Source: Macrostomum lignano
Taxonomy: Eukaryota
Direction of reading: 5' to 3'
Assembly (NCBI GenBank): GCA_002269645.1
Contig: NIVC01000206.1
Location: 372,001-436,000, forward strand
Length of the DNA stretch: 64,000 nucleotides
In this document: positions 21,938-36,454 of the stretch, piece by piece
Layout: the number at the start of each line of letters is the position of its first letter
How positions within the stretch are numbered: the stretch's first letter is position 1
Translations under genes and position numbers: made by a program
The notes under the pieces: generated by a model
What the model was told of the DNA's origin: nothing
What the model saw: the letters and a program-made list of their open reading frames with translations, nothing else
The model's database searches: none

Positions 21938-23322
21938 CAGGGGCGTCGCCATGGATTTTATGGTGGGGGGGACAAAGCCAAGAATGCTACATGTACATGT
22001 ACATATTATTTTTGTACATTTTGGCGCCGCAGGCACTCATTTTAGCGCCACAGGCACTCATTTTAGCGCCGCAGGCATTCATTTTAGCGCCGTAGGCACT
22101 CATTTTAGCGCCGCAGGCACTCATTTTAGCGCCGCAGGCACTCATTTTAGCGCCGCAGGCACTCATTTTAGCGCCGCAGGCACTCATTTTAGCGCCGCGG
22201 GCACTCATTTTAGCGCCGCAGGCACTCATTTTAGCGCCGTAGGCACTCATTTTAGCGCCGCAGGCACTCATTTTAGCGCCACAGGCAATCATTTTTGCGC
22301 CGCAGGCACTCATTTTAGCGCCGCAGGCACTCATTTTAGCGCCGCAGGCACTCATTTTAGCGCCGCAGGCACTCATTTTAGCGCCGCAGGCACTCATTTT
22401 AGCGTCGCAGGCACTCATTTTGGCGCCACAGGCACTCATTTTAGCGCCGCAGGCACTCATTTTAGCGCCGCAGGCACTCATTTTAGCGCCGCAGGCACTC
22501 ATTTTAGCGCCGCAGGCACTCATTTTAGCGCCGCAGGCACTCATTTTAGCGCCGCGGGCACTCATTTTAGCGCCACAGGCAATCATTTTTGCGCCGCAGG
22601 CACTCATTTTAGCGCCGCAGGCACTCATTTTAGCGCCGCGGGCACTCATTTTAGCGTCGCAGGCACTCATTTTAGCGTCGCAGGCACTCATTTTAGCGCC
22701 GCGGGCACTCATTTTAGCGTCGCAGGCACTCATTTTAGCGTCGCAGGCACTCATTTTAGCGCCGCGGGCACTCATTTTGGCGCCACAGGCACTCATTTTA
22801 GCGCCGCGGGCACTCATTTTAGCTCCGCAGGCACTCATTTTAGCTCCGCGGGCACTCATTTTAGCGCCGCGGGCACTCATTTTAGCTCCGCGGGCACTCA
22901 TTTTAGCGCCGCGGGCACTCATTTTAGCGTCGCAGGCACTCATTTTAGCGTCGCAGGCACTCATTTTAGCGCCGCGGGCACTCATTTTGGCGCCACAGGC
23001 ACTCATTTTAGCGCCGCGGGCACTCATTTTAGCTCCGCAGGCACTCATTTTAGCGCCGCGGGCACTCATTTTAGCGCCGCAGGCACTCATTTTAGCGCCG
23101 CGGGCACTCATTTTAGCGCCGCGGGCACTCATTTTAGCTCCGCAGGCACTCATTTTGGCGCCGCAGGCGCTATATTTTGTTACCCTGTAGCAAAATTATT
23201 AATTTCCATAACGGGACACAAAGTTGGATGGGGGGGGGGACAAAAGCATTGGCATGCCCTCCCATATCTTTTACTGGGGGGGACATGTCCCCCTGTCCCC
23301 CCCCCCGGTGGCGACGCCCCTG
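21938..23322. mobile_element. Non-autonomous TIR element (hAT-like CAGGGGCGTCGCCA ends) carrying an internal 21-bp tandem array
   Basis: 14-bp perfect TIR CAGGGGCGTCGCCA (21938) / TGGCGACGCCCCTG (to 23322), with G-run subterminal boxes at both ends. No convincing TSD. The same terminus recurs at 63926. Confidence 0.75.
22010..23168. repeat. 21-bp minisatellite (AGCGCCGCAGGCACTCATTTT), ~55 copies
   Basis: Period 21; source of the AAGTHFS/MSACGAK pseudo-ORFs. Confidence 0.95.
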
Positions 23323-24287
23323 CTGGGGACTGTCTTTGCCTATTCATAAAGGCCGTGGGATGGCAGCTTCCGTAGGGTGGTCCCCTACAGTGGCACGGAT
23401 GAGGACGCTCTAAACTGGATTTTCTTAGAAATGACCGAGAGGCTGATAAAGAACGCTATAGAAAGCCCCATTCAGCGCTATGCATTCTCCGGAGAGCATT
23501 CCATGTTTAAATTATCGCGCACATCTGCTGAATGCAGATCGAAGGAATGCTTTCGCCATTATTCACGGAATGGCCAAGCCAAAGCGAGAGGCGGCAGTGA
23601 CCCCAGGTAGGTGTCTGGATGTGTTGGCGGGATTCTTTGTGCTCCGCCGATCCCAGCAGTAGTCAAGGCTGCAAGCCAAATTCGAAAACTCTGCTATAAT
23701 TTGTATCTTTGCAGCTGCATTCAGTGTGTTTCAAGAACAACAGTTGTCGAAAATGGCTACCTTTTGCTACGTATATATAGAAAGAAGCACCTGGAGACAC
23801 ACTGTAGCCACTTCGTTGCATGACGCGTTCAAAGTGTCGCGTCTGAATTTGTACCAAAAAAACTGATGATGCATGACCATGAGGTACATCTAGATTTCGA
23901 AATTCGAAAATATCAGTTAACATTTTAGTATTTTGTTCGAATCGAATATCTGCTTGACAACAACTGTCAAAAATTTGATCTAAAAAATACAATATCATTG
24001 TATTGCGAGTCGTCTGAAAGTTGTGCTAAAAATTGGAACCGAAGTCATTCAGGTTGTGCTAATGACAATAATTCAGCAAAAGTGCATTATTAAATGTCTT
24101 AGAATTCAGTCTTGTATTTTTACAACACGCACTCTACAGTCCACATTCCTGAATGTAATAAAGTGTAAGCTAGAAACCGAATATTGAACACTGACCGAAT
24201 CCATTATTTCCCCCATCTACCTGGAAGCTCAGATGCAGAAGATTCTCTGACAGTTGTCGTGTCTGTTATTATGGCGTTGTAAATATG

Positions 24288-24815
24288 ATGCAGATAATGA
24301 TGATGATGCAGATGATGATGATGCAGATGATGATGATGCAGATGATGATGATGCAGATGATGATGATGCAGATGATGATGATGCAGATGATGATGATGCA
24401 GATGATGATGATGCAGATGATGATGATGCAGATGATGATGATGCAGATGATGATGATGCAGATGATGATGATGCAGATGATGATGATGCAGATGATGATG
24501 ATGCAGATGATGATGATGCAGATGATGATGATGCAGATGATGATGATGCAGATGATGATGATGCAGATGATGATGATGCAGAATAGGATGCTGCAGATGA
24601 TGATGATGCAGATGATGATGATGCAGATGATGATGATGCAGATGATGATGATGCAGATGATGATGATGCAGATATCATGATGCAGAAGATGATGATGCAG
24701 ATGATGATGATGCAGAAGATGATGCAGATATCATGATGCAGATATCATGATGCAGATATCATGATGCAGATATCATGATGCAGATATCATGATGCAGATA
24801 TCATGATGCAGATGC
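24288..24815. repeat. 15-bp repeat (GATGATGATGATGCA)n
   Basis: Period 15, shifting to GCAGATATCATGAT near 24730. Confidence 0.95.
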
Positions 24816-25046
24816 AGCACTGTACTATGTGAAAATTAATTTCCACAAATTCAATGTCTTTCGTTTGCCTCTTTTTCTCTTGTCGCTTCTCTTGCTGTGT
24901 TTATCATTTCATAGAGTCATTGTTTAATTTTTTTCTGCACCTGCGTCATTTTAATTGGTTCCAATTGCTGTGAGAGGCAGCAGCTGTTGAACGCTTGCAA
25001 AAGAAGTGCTTTCTCGGCCTTGTTGCAGATTTTTTTGGAAATTGCC

Positions 25047-25954
25047 AAGATTCGTAAAGATTCGTAAGGGATCGGGAAGGGAACTCAGTCAGAGATCGGG
25101 AAGGGAACTCAGTCAAGAATCGGGAAGGGAACTCAGTCAGAGATCGGGAAGGGAACTCAGTTAGAGATCGGGAAGGGAACTCAGTCGAGAATCGGGAAGG
25201 GAACTCAGTCAGGGATCGGGAAGGGAACTCAGTCAGAGATCGGGAAGGGAACTCAGTTAGAGATCGGGAAGGGAACTCAGTCGAGAATCGGGAAGGGAAC
25301 TCAGTCAGGGATCGGGAAGGGAACTCAGTTAGAGATCGGGAAGGGAACTCAGTTAGAGATCGGGAAGGGAACTCAGTTAGAGATCGGAAGGGAACTCAGT
25401 CGAGAATCGGGAAGGGAACTCAGTCAGGGATCGGGAAGGGAACTCAGTTAGAGATCGGGAAGGGAACTCAGTCAGTGATCGGGAAGGGAACTCAGTCAGG
25501 GATCGGGAAGGGAACTCAGTTAGAGATCGGGAAGGGAACTCAGTTAGAGATCGGGAAGGGAACTCAGTTAGAGATCGGGAAGGGAACTCAGTCGAGAATC
25601 GGGAAGGGAACTCAGTCAGGGATCGGGAAGGGAACTCAGTTAGAGATCGGGAAGGGAACTCAGTCAGTGATCGGGAAGGGAACTCAGTCAGGGATCGGGA
25701 AGGGAACTCAGTCAGTGATCGGGAAGGGAACTCAGTCAGGGATCGGGAAGGGAACTCAGTCAGGGATCGGGAAGGGAACTCAGTCAGGGATCGGGAAGGG
25801 AACTCAGTCAGGGATCGGGAAGGGAACTCAGTCAGTGATCGGGAAGGGCACTCAGTCAGGGATCGGGAAGGGAACTCAGTCAGGGATCGGGAAGGGAACT
25901 CAGTCAGTGATCGGGAAGGGAACTCAGTCAGGGATCGGGAAGGGAACTCAGTCC
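25047..25954. repeat. 24-bp minisatellite (GATCGGGAAGGGAACTCAGTCAGG), ~38 copies
   Basis: Period 24; IGKGTQSG pseudo-ORF. Confidence 0.95.
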
Positions 25955-26594
25955 AGACCTGAAGGGAACCTAAAGAATGCTAAAAGGAATTCAATGAAAT
26001 ACAGCAAGAGGGAAGTTGCTGTGGTAGCAATAAAACAGAATTCTCTAAGCCTTCCCGAGGCTGCCCGAGCCCCCAAAACCATAAGCCATAGACATAATTG
26101 AGTTTTAGAGGCAGTTGCAGCTGGGGTCGCAATCAGGTAATACCGTCTTGTGTTCCATTTTCTTCCAAGCTGAAAGGAAATTTCGGCATCGATATTTTCG
26201 TCCCTCTGGTCGGATCTCAGAGACTCTGCTTTTTTACTTCTTACCCCGTCTCTACCCCCCTTCTGCCTCCCTCTATGCGACCCTGTGCCCCCGACCTACC
26301 CAATATCATAATACTTGGTGCAAACTGAACTGAACAAGCAGGCTTGGAGGACAGTCATAAAAAGTAATTTAGGACTGATGGCTTGGCTGGGGAGGTCAAC
26401 CGGTACTTTGCCAGCCAACCCATTAACCTTGCTAGTTTTGTGACTACTGCTATAGCAGCGACATCTGATGCGTAACCTAACTCTGACTTGGTTTGCTTCA
26501 GTACTGCACCTCGTACACTACAGGTCATGGACTGGCAAAATGGCTGTTGTAGGAATGCTTTTGACTGGGATTATTCAGTGACTTGTGATGCAAT

Positions 26595-27200
26595 TTTTGT
26601 TGGACTGTTTGTTGGATTGTTTGTTGGATTTTTTATTGGATTGTTTGTTGCATTGTTGGACTGTTTGTTGGACTTGTTGGACTGTTTGTTGGACTTGTTG
26701 GATTGTTTGTTGGACTTGTTGGATTGTTTGTTGGATCGTTTGTTGGATCGTTTGTTGGATTGTTGGATTGTTTGTTGGACTGTTTGTTGGATTGTTTGTT
26801 GCATTGTTGGACTGTTTGTTGGATTGTTTGTTGCATTGTTGGACTGTTTGTTGGATTGTTTGTTGCATTGTTGGACTGTTTGTTGGATTGTTTGTGCAAT
26901 TTTGGGGGAATGTTGAGGGAATGTTAGTGCAAATTGGGGGGAATGTTGAGGGAATGTTGGTGCAATTTTGGGGGGAATGTTGAGGGAATGTTGGTGCAAT
27001 TTTGGGGGGAATTTTGGGGGAATGTTGGTACAATTTTGGGTGGAATGTTGAGGGAATGTTGGTGCAAATTGGGGGAAATGTTTGCGGGAATGTTGGGGGG
27101 AATGTTGGGGGAATGTTGGGGGAATGTTGGGGGAAATGTTTGCGGGAATGTTGGGGGGAATGTTGGGGGGAATGTTGGGGGGAATGTTGGGGTGACTGTT
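26595..27200. repeat. Degenerate TGTTGGATTGTT and GGGGAATGTT low-complexity arrays
   Basis: Two adjacent short-period GT-rich arrays. Confidence 0.85.
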
Positions 27201-27939
27201 GAGGGGAATTTTCGAAGAATGTTGAGCTGTTCAGGGACCAGGTCAGTCTACCTGTGGCTGTACCGTTTCCAGTAATCCCACATGCCCATCGCAGAATGAC
27301 TTACTACGGTACCCCAGCCTCTAGAAATACACCCGATGCCACTCGCAAAAATAGTTTTTTGCGCAATTTTGTTAACTTTATTTATTACTTTGAAAAGACA
27401 CAGTGCACACAATAATAATAGTTGGCAAAAAATTTAATCTATATGCCACATGTAAGGCCTGTTATTGGCTTGTAAATACATCCAGTAAAACTTTGTTAAA
27501 ATCTGTATAAACTAATCCCAGATGCTTTTTTTTCTTATTTTAGGTAGAGAAGGAGTCCATTTTCAGAGGCCAAATAAATCAATTCCCGATTTCCAGAGTA
27601 GATTCGCGTTTTAGGTATTGAGGCATATCTTCTGCAGTAAAAGCTTCGCACTGCACACAGGTATAGTACGAGCCGCGGAGGAAACCTTGCCCTGCAGAAA
27701 TAAAACAGACACAGAAGAGAGGCAGTTTTGTAACATTCTGCACCGCTACGGGGATTCAGGCTTTCAAAATGGATGCAAAAATAATATTCATCCGTACAAC
27801 TTGTAGATTTTTTATATCTGCACATTCCTCGTTTTAAGTATTGTTTTGGCGTTTGTTACTCTGTATCTGCTCAGAGCAAACTAAACTGGGATTTATAAGT
27901 ACAGGCAGAAAACTGCGAGGGCTGTGGGGAGAAAGAATC

Positions 27940-29390
<1,451 letters not shown>

Positions 29391-30257
29391 AGCGAATGGA
29401 AGGCAATCCCACCCACACAGCTGCGCGGCAGGGCGATAATAAAAACGGGAAAAAGATTTTTGCTCTATCTGCTCTCAACCGAATCCCGATTGGCCAGCAA
29501 TTGCCCAGCACACGGGAGTGAGAAGGGGATCCGCATGCATGGGAGGCGGGCACACTGGAAACCCCCCCCCCAGCCACTGCATCCTACTCTCGCAGACCTA
29601 TGGGACGCGAGGTAAAGTCAAACTCGGTCTAAAAGGCAGCATTTATACTCGCTCTTGGCCCGGCCCCTCAGCCCTAACTCTGCTTCCCTACCTCTATCAG
29701 CTGACTTCCCCCTGCCCGTTCACTACTTGCCCCATACCTAGAGATTGCTTTTTTGTCAAACTAACGCTGACGAAGAAAAGACAGTAAGTTGCTGCATTGA
29801 CTTTGACTTCTTGGCCAACCGATTTTAAGTATATAGAAATAGATTTTTATTTTAAAAATTGGTGTACTTTGCAAGTATTTGTTTTAATTTTTAATTCCAA
29901 TGTTTTCAGTGCTGTTAGACACTGCAGATCAGGTATAAATGCAGAGATTGCTAAACTGTGCATTCCTTTAAGTGTATATTTATAAAATCCAATTGCCAAA
30001 ACCCAACACAGCGTAGACTTTCGCACCGCAACAACACAACACGAGCTTAAAAATCCCATTTCATAAATTTGCAAACCGCCTAGTTTTATTCCCATCCGAA
30101 CCTCGTGAAATTTTCCGGCTTGAATTCAGCAACAGTCTCCCGTCTATCCTTGCTTTTTATTGTTTCAGATCACTTCTCTGTCTTTGTTTTTCTTAGAAAT
30201 ATAAGCAGTCGAAGACATGCGATGCACCTCCATTATCTAAACAATTCCCTAGTAACT

Positions 30258-31039
30258 TAGGGGTCGGCAAACTCTCTCTATTCAGCCCTCGACTCCTTCG
30301 CAATAAGGCATGCTTAGGGTTTTCTCAGACTTCTGCTCTCTGCCCTTTCTCTACTCTCTACTCTATCCACTCTACTCTCTCCTCTCTTTTCTTTTTTCTC
30401 TCCTCTCTCCTCTCTCTTCTCTTTTCGCTCCTCTCTCTCCTCTCTCCTCTCTCTCGTCTCTTTTCTCTTTTCTTTCCTTTCTCCTCTTACTCTCTTTTCT
30501 CTCTTCTCTCCTCTCTCTCGTCTCTTTTCTCTCTTCTCTCCTCTCTCTCGTCTCTTTTCTCTTTTCTTTCCTTTCTCCTCTCACTCTCTTTTCTCTCCTC
30601 TCTCTCGTCTCTTTTCTATTTTCTTTCCTTTCTCCCTCTCCTCTCCCCTCTCTTTTTCTCTCCTCTCTTCTCTTCTCTCTCCTCTCTTCTCTTCTCTCTC
30701 CTCTCTTCTCTCTTCACTATCCTCTCTTCTCTCTCCTCCTCTCCACTCTCTCCTCTCTCTTCTCACCTGTCTCCTCTCTCCTCTCTTCTCTCTGCTCTTT
30801 TTCTTTTCTCTCTTATCTCATCTCTTGTCTCTTCTCTTTTGTCTCTTGTCTCTTGTCTCTTGTCTTTTGTCCTTTCTCTCATCTCTTCCCTCTCCTCTCT
30901 CCACTGTCCTCTCTCCTCACCTCTCTCATCTTCTTTCCTCTCATCTCTCTGGCTACACCACTTATTTTCCCTCTCCTTTATTCCAATTCTATTCCTTTCT
31001 TTTCTGGCTCTTTAGGTATAAAAAGTTTGCGGACCCCTG
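30258..31039. mobile_element. hAT-type MITE (CAGGGGTC[G/C]GCAAACT termini) filled with CT-rich low-complexity DNA
   Basis: TAGGGGTCGGCAAACT (30258) versus AGTTTGCGGACCCCTG (31024-31039): 14/16 inverted match. 8-bp TSD not retained. Confidence 0.6.
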
Positions 31040-31487
31040 CTGTGAATGTTTTTTTTTCAATACGCAGCACAGCCGCGCTTTGTAGATTCACCAATAACCA
31101 ACCGTTGAACGCATTAAACCTTATACTTACCTGTGAATCCTTTCTTGTACGCTCCCAGTTATATCTCAGCTGTATCCGAAAATGAAAACAGGATGACAGT
31201 TTTACCATAAATGTCAGTATTAGGATTTGGTTAAGCCAATATGCAGAGGCCTAGTAAAAAAACCTGTGTGTGTATGTACCTTCAGCCTTAAGTACATTTT
31301 AGAACGTTTATAATTAACCTTGATGATAATACTTTTCCCAAATCGTGTTGTCTTTTAGAAGAAATATTTTTGTTAAAACGAAGTTGAATTTTTTTGGTTT
31401 GCGGCGCATCTGAAGGCTGCGTACTGCTGTTCAGTCCAAGGACTGGGGAGTCGCCACACAGCCTCAATTACCCCAGCTAATGCTGGC

Positions 31488-31580
31488 ACCCATTTTACAG
31501 CTGGGTGAACTGAAGCAATGCAGAGATATAGGACACAGATTTTTCCGTTTGGGTCGAGAATCGAACCCCCAAACCTTTCA
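31488..31580 (+). mobile_element. CORE-SINE (MIR-like) fragment
   Basis: CCCATTTTACAGCTGGGTGAACTGAAGCAATGCAGAGA resembles the CORE/MIR segment as recalled (CCCATTTTACAGATGAGGAAACTGAGGCACAGAGA) and is followed by GAATCGAACCC. Confidence 0.5.
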
Positions 31581-31883
31581 GTCGTGATTTCACGACCGTT
31601 TGAGAGAGTATAGCCTCCTACTTAAGTTGTGATAGATTTATCTAATAGTTTTACCTCTTTCCTCCTTTACAATGCTCAGAAAATAAAAAAATATTGTCGC
31701 ACCACTTCTAACTTTCTTCAGCGGCCCTCAAACTTAACTGAGCAACACTTGCTATAAAGCTCTTAAAAATGAACGCCATTCTAAGGGCTCCATTGTAGAG
31801 GGGCGCCATCGTGGGGGAGACGCTATCTTAGGGGCGCCAGCAATGTTACCGCCAAAGTATAGTTGTTTGGGAACTGCTAAAAA

Positions 31884-33330
31884 TGGCAGAAAGGGGCGCC
31901 AAACCAGATGTGAAGGGGAGCCCCAAACCAGCTGTGAAGTGGGGCGCCAAACCAGCTGTGAAGGGGGGCGCCAAACTAGATGTGAAGGGGAGCCCCAAAC
32001 CAGCTGTGAAGTGGGGCGCCAAACCAGCTGTGAAGGGGGGCGCCAAACCAGCTGTGAAGGGGGCGCCAAACCAGCTGTGAAGGGGACGCCAAACCAGCTG
32101 TGAAGGGAGGGCGCCAAACCAGCTGTGAAGGGGGCGCCAAACCAGCTGTGAAGGGGACGCCAAACCAGCTGTGAAGGGAGGGCGCCAAACCAGCTGTGAA
32201 GGGGGCGCCAAACCAGCTGTGAAGGGGACGCCAAACCAGCTGTGAAGGGAGGGCGCCAAACCAGCTGTGAAGGGGGGCGCCAAACCAGCTGTGAAGTGGG
32301 GCGCCAAACCAGCTGTGAAGGGGGCGCCAAACCAGCTGTGAAGGGAGGGCGCCAAACCAGCTGTGAAGGGGGCGCCAAACCAGCTGTGAAGGGAGGGCGC
32401 CAAACCAGCTGTGAAGGGAGGGCGCCAAACCAGCTGTGAAGGGGGCGCCAAACCAGCTGTGAAGGGGGCGCCAAACCAGCTGTGAAGTGGGGTGCCAAAC
32501 CAGCTGTGAAGGGGGCGCCAAACCAGCTGTGAAGGGAGGGCGCCAAACCAGCTGTGAAGTGGGGCGCCAAACCAGCTGTGAAGTGGGGCGCCAAACCAGC
32601 TGTGAAGGGGGTGCCAAACCAGCTGTGAAGGGGGGAGCCAAACCAGCTGTGAAGGGAGGGCGCCAAACCAGCTGTGAAGGGGGGAGCCAAACCAGCTGTG
32701 AAGGTGGCGCCAAACCAGCTGTGAAGGGGGGCGCCAAACCAGCTGTGAAGGGGGGAGCCAAACCAGCTGTGAAGGTGGCGCCAAACCAGCTGTGAAGGGG
32801 GGCGCCAAACCAGCTGTGAAGGGGGCGCCAAACCAGCTGTGAAGGGGGCGCCAAACCAGCTGTGAAGGGAGGGCGCCAAACCAGCTGTGAAGGGGGCGCC
32901 AAACCAGCTGTGAAGGGGGCGCCAAACCAGCTGTGAAGGGGGGTGCCAAACCAGCTGTGAAGGGGGCGCCAAACCAGCTGTGAAGGAAGGGCGCCAAACC
33001 AGCTGTGAAGTGGGGCGCCAAACCAGCTGTGAAGGGGGCGCCAAACCAGCTGTGAAGGGGACGCCAAACCAGCTGTGAAGGGGGGAGCCAAACCAGCTGT
33101 GAAGGGGGGCGCCAAACCAGCTGTGAAGGGGGGAGCCAAACCAGCTGTGAAGGTGGCGCCAAACCAGCTGTGAAGGGGGCGCCAAACCAGCTGTGAAGGG
33201 AGGGCGCCAAACCAGCTGTGAAGGGGGGGGGGGGCGTTAAACCAGCTGTGAAGGGGGCGCCAAACCAGCTGTGAAGGGGGCGCCAAACCAGCTGTGAAGG
33301 GGGCGCCAAACCAGCTGTGAAGTGGGGCGT
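31884..33330. repeat. 21-23-bp minisatellite (GGGGCGCCAAACCAGCTGTGAA), ~65 copies
   Basis: Constant core with a variable G-run. A hAT-like terminus (CTAGCTACTCCGCTG) lies just downstream at ~33358-33371. Confidence 0.95.
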
Positions 33331-34039
33331 CAAAATGCTTGCCAGACCTTGCTCCCCCTAGCTACTCCGCTGGGTGCCCCATAAGTCCCCTCTATAGCTA
33401 CACATTTCCATATTCATACAGAGGAAAGCATTCAACTCCTATAGATTGTATGCAATTTCAGCCAAAAAAAGTGAGTAAGGGGTCCGCCGGCCACGCGATG
33501 GTCAGAATTGAGCTTTGGGAAAAATGCGTGGGGAGGGAGAGAGAGAGCGGAGGAGAGAGTGGGGACAGCGCGGTGAGCAAACGCGGAGTGCGGAGTGAGC
33601 TCAAATGAGCTTCCCCTGTAAGTCTCTCTAGCTATACCTCAGCTTTCACCAAAATCTGGGGATCAGCTGGCATTTTTGTTTGCCAATCCCCTCCACCCCA
33701 CTCCGCATCTCTCTCTGCCCCTTCCCCCTCCCAGATCTCCTTTGTTTGTTCCCCACTCTTTTCCTACTAAATCCCCATTTTGTCAGCCAAACTGACCCAC
33801 TCGTTTTAATCCGCTCCCTAAGCTTTCCACCCCTGCCCCTTCCCAAAAGTTATGATTTCGTCGACGCTATTTTTGAAGCATCTTTTGAGGAAATAATCCA
33901 CAGAAAATCCACATTATTCACTTCACTTTTTTATTTTCAGATTTGTATAAATTTTAGCTCGGGTCAGCGAAGCCTCTCTATCCGGCCATTGGGTCTTTTA
34001 AAACTTCAAAATAGCAATCCGACCCGAGCACGGCTTGTG

Positions 34040-34400
34040 TCTCTTCTCAGCTCTCAGCTCTTTCTTCTCTCTACTCTTTCCTCTTTTCTCTCCTCTCTCC
34101 ACTCTTCTCTCCTCTCTCCACTCTTCTCTTCTCTCTCATCTCTCCTCTCTCCTCTCTCCTCTCTCCTCTCTCCTCTCTCCTCTCTCCTCTCTCCTCTCTC
34201 CTCTCTCCTCTCTCCTCTCTCCTCTCTCCTCTCTCCTCTCTCCTCTCTCCTCTTTCCTCTCTCCTCTCTTCACTGTTTCTCCTGTCTTCACTGTTTCTCC
34301 TGTCTACTCTCTCCTCTCTCCTATCATATTGTCTCATTTTATCTGTCGTGTCACCTATCCTCTCATCTCTCTTTTCTCTCATCTACTCTCCAAGTTTTTA
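34040..34400. repeat. (CTCTCTC)n-type pyrimidine-rich repeat
   Basis: 7-bp CCTCTCT period at 34140-34260. Confidence 0.9.
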
Positions 34401-35538
34401 AGTGTTCTTCATAGGCTACCATTAGTTTGCAAGTCTAAGTCTATAAAGTTTAATAAAAATAGTTTAAGGGAGAATTCAACTGTTATTTAGGCTGCGGTTC
34501 AGATGTTTAAACTGTCTGGCTTGCTTACGGGTTCTCTATGAAATATGGAAAGAGTCTGCAACCCCCTCTAAGATTTACAATGCTTAGATTCAGTCGGCTA
34601 GTAAAACGCATCAGCCAACTTCATCAAATTTCCAGGTGCCTTGCAAACTTTTTCTTGTACGCGCGATAGTTTAGGAAATTTCTGCTTGCGGAAGAGACTA
34701 ATAAAATCCAGCTGACCTGCTATAATATCGGTTGATATACATATAACATCGTTTTGGGAAACTTTTCTGACCAACTAAACCTCTGAGGGACGCATGTGCA
34801 GTCTGCTGGCATACATAGCCTGTAAAGTAACCTTGAAATTGTCATAAAGTTTTCAGTTTGCTTGATAGTTCCAGTGTGCGTGGCTTTTATAAAGGAAAAT
34901 TTCTTTACTTTATCTAGTGCAGAAACACTGCACTAGGTCTGGATAATGTTAGTTGCAGATTGCATTGCGGTAAATTTCAACTGCGCTGAATAAAGACTCC
35001 GTATTAATGAAAGCCATAGTGAAGGCTTGAAAGGGTCAATTTCATGGTAATTACCTGTCTTATTTGACCTGTCTTATTTGATCCAGCGTGCAAGGATGCT
35101 TTGGAAGTCGCCATATGCGTGCAGAAATGCAAGTGTCTATGGTAAAAACACCTTGAATTTGCATGTGCACTCCGTGCGGGAATGTCAATCGTGCAAGAAT
35201 GTAATGCGCAATGTTTCTATATTTAGCAAAACAGCCATAGACTACAAGCGAAGCATAATCTTCTTTCCATCGTGCAAGAATGTTCAGACTAGCTCGCGCA
35301 TATTTTGTCTATGGTTCAAGTCTAACTCCACACAACCAGCTCCACCCTTGTCTACTTTAGCCACACATGTTGGATCAAATAAGAATGGGAATCAAGCACT
35401 CCTTGATTCCTCCAATCCGTAGTTAATTAATGGCAAAGGCATCATTTGATGCTTTTAGTGTGCTTATTAGTATAAGTATAAGCTCTAGCGCGTTATGGAC
35501 AAGCTTAAAAACCTTAGAGATTTAGTATATTTAGATAT

Positions 35539-35818
35539 GTGGTGCTGGCGCTCCTGGTGCTAAAGCTCCTGGTGCTAAAGCCCCTGGTGCTAAAGCCCCT
35601 GGTTCTAAAGCCCCTGGTGCTAAAGCCCCTGGTGCTAAAGCCCCTGGTGCTAAAGCCCCTGGTGCTAAAGCCCCTGGTGCTAAAGCTCCTGGTGCTAAAG
35701 CCCCTGGTGCTAAAGCCCCTGGTGCTAAAGCTCCTGGTGCTAAAGCCCCTGGTGCTAAAGCCCCTGGTGCTAAAGCCCCTGGTGCTAAAGCCCCTGGTGC
35801 TAAAGCCCCTGGTGCTTT
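35539..35818. repeat. 15-bp minisatellite (CCCCTGGTGCTAAAG), ~18 copies
   Basis: Period 15; LKPLV pseudo-ORF. Confidence 0.95.
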
Positions 35819-36454
35819 AGACGCCCTCTGATTTCCAATTTACGCCCTAAAAAATTGGCATTAATATACTAGTGACACGATAAATATGATGTTCTTTACC
35901 AGCCTCCCAGCTCATTTCTAAGAAAATCAAGCATGGGTTCTTCTGCTTCAGCTGGAGACACAAGACATGGGCTAACCCCGGGGCCGATTATTAGTCTTAT
36001 GGCCTTAATCTCTGTTCTTCCTCGACTCCTCCACTCCTTATGCATCTATTTCTAGGCCTAAAGACAGGCCAATCTCGGTCAAAACCGAGAAAGCACAGCA
36101 TCCTCTGTTTGCCCTCCATCTTCATCTCCCACTCTCCCAGAAAGGTCGTAAAGATGTAGCATTGAAAGGCGCGACTTAAAGATGAAAAAGCATACAGTTC
36201 TCTAGCTAAAAGATTTTGCTGCTAGCTGATTTGGAAGGAAATCGCAAAAAGCCACATCATCATTGCAGATCAGAGGGGCAGGCGAAAGAAACAGCTTTAC
36301 TTGTTTTGTAAAGGCTTCCTCCTGAGAAGCCGATGTCCGCTGTAGTCTTCGGCTGAGGAATACTGTTCGCTTTTTTTCCAGCCTTTATTTGCTATTTTTC
36401 TAAGCAGCTTCAGCCCTTATTTCTCCCCTGTTTTATTGTCATGCTTACTTTCAA

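Noticed and set aside
21930-23330. 8-bp target-site duplication around the CAGGGGCG element
   Set aside because: Flanks CCAGGGAG and CTGGGGAC match at only 5/8; likewise only 4/8 for the 30258-31039 element.
21951-23375. 474/388/256-aa repeat ORFs (AAGTHFS, MSACGAK)
   Set aside because: Stop-free 21-bp unit inside a TIR element, open in several frames on both strands; no coding signature.
24229-26101. Poly-D/M/S ORFs and the IGKGTQSG 208-aa ORF
   Set aside because: Arise from 15-bp and 24-bp arrays; no unique coding flanks or splice structure.
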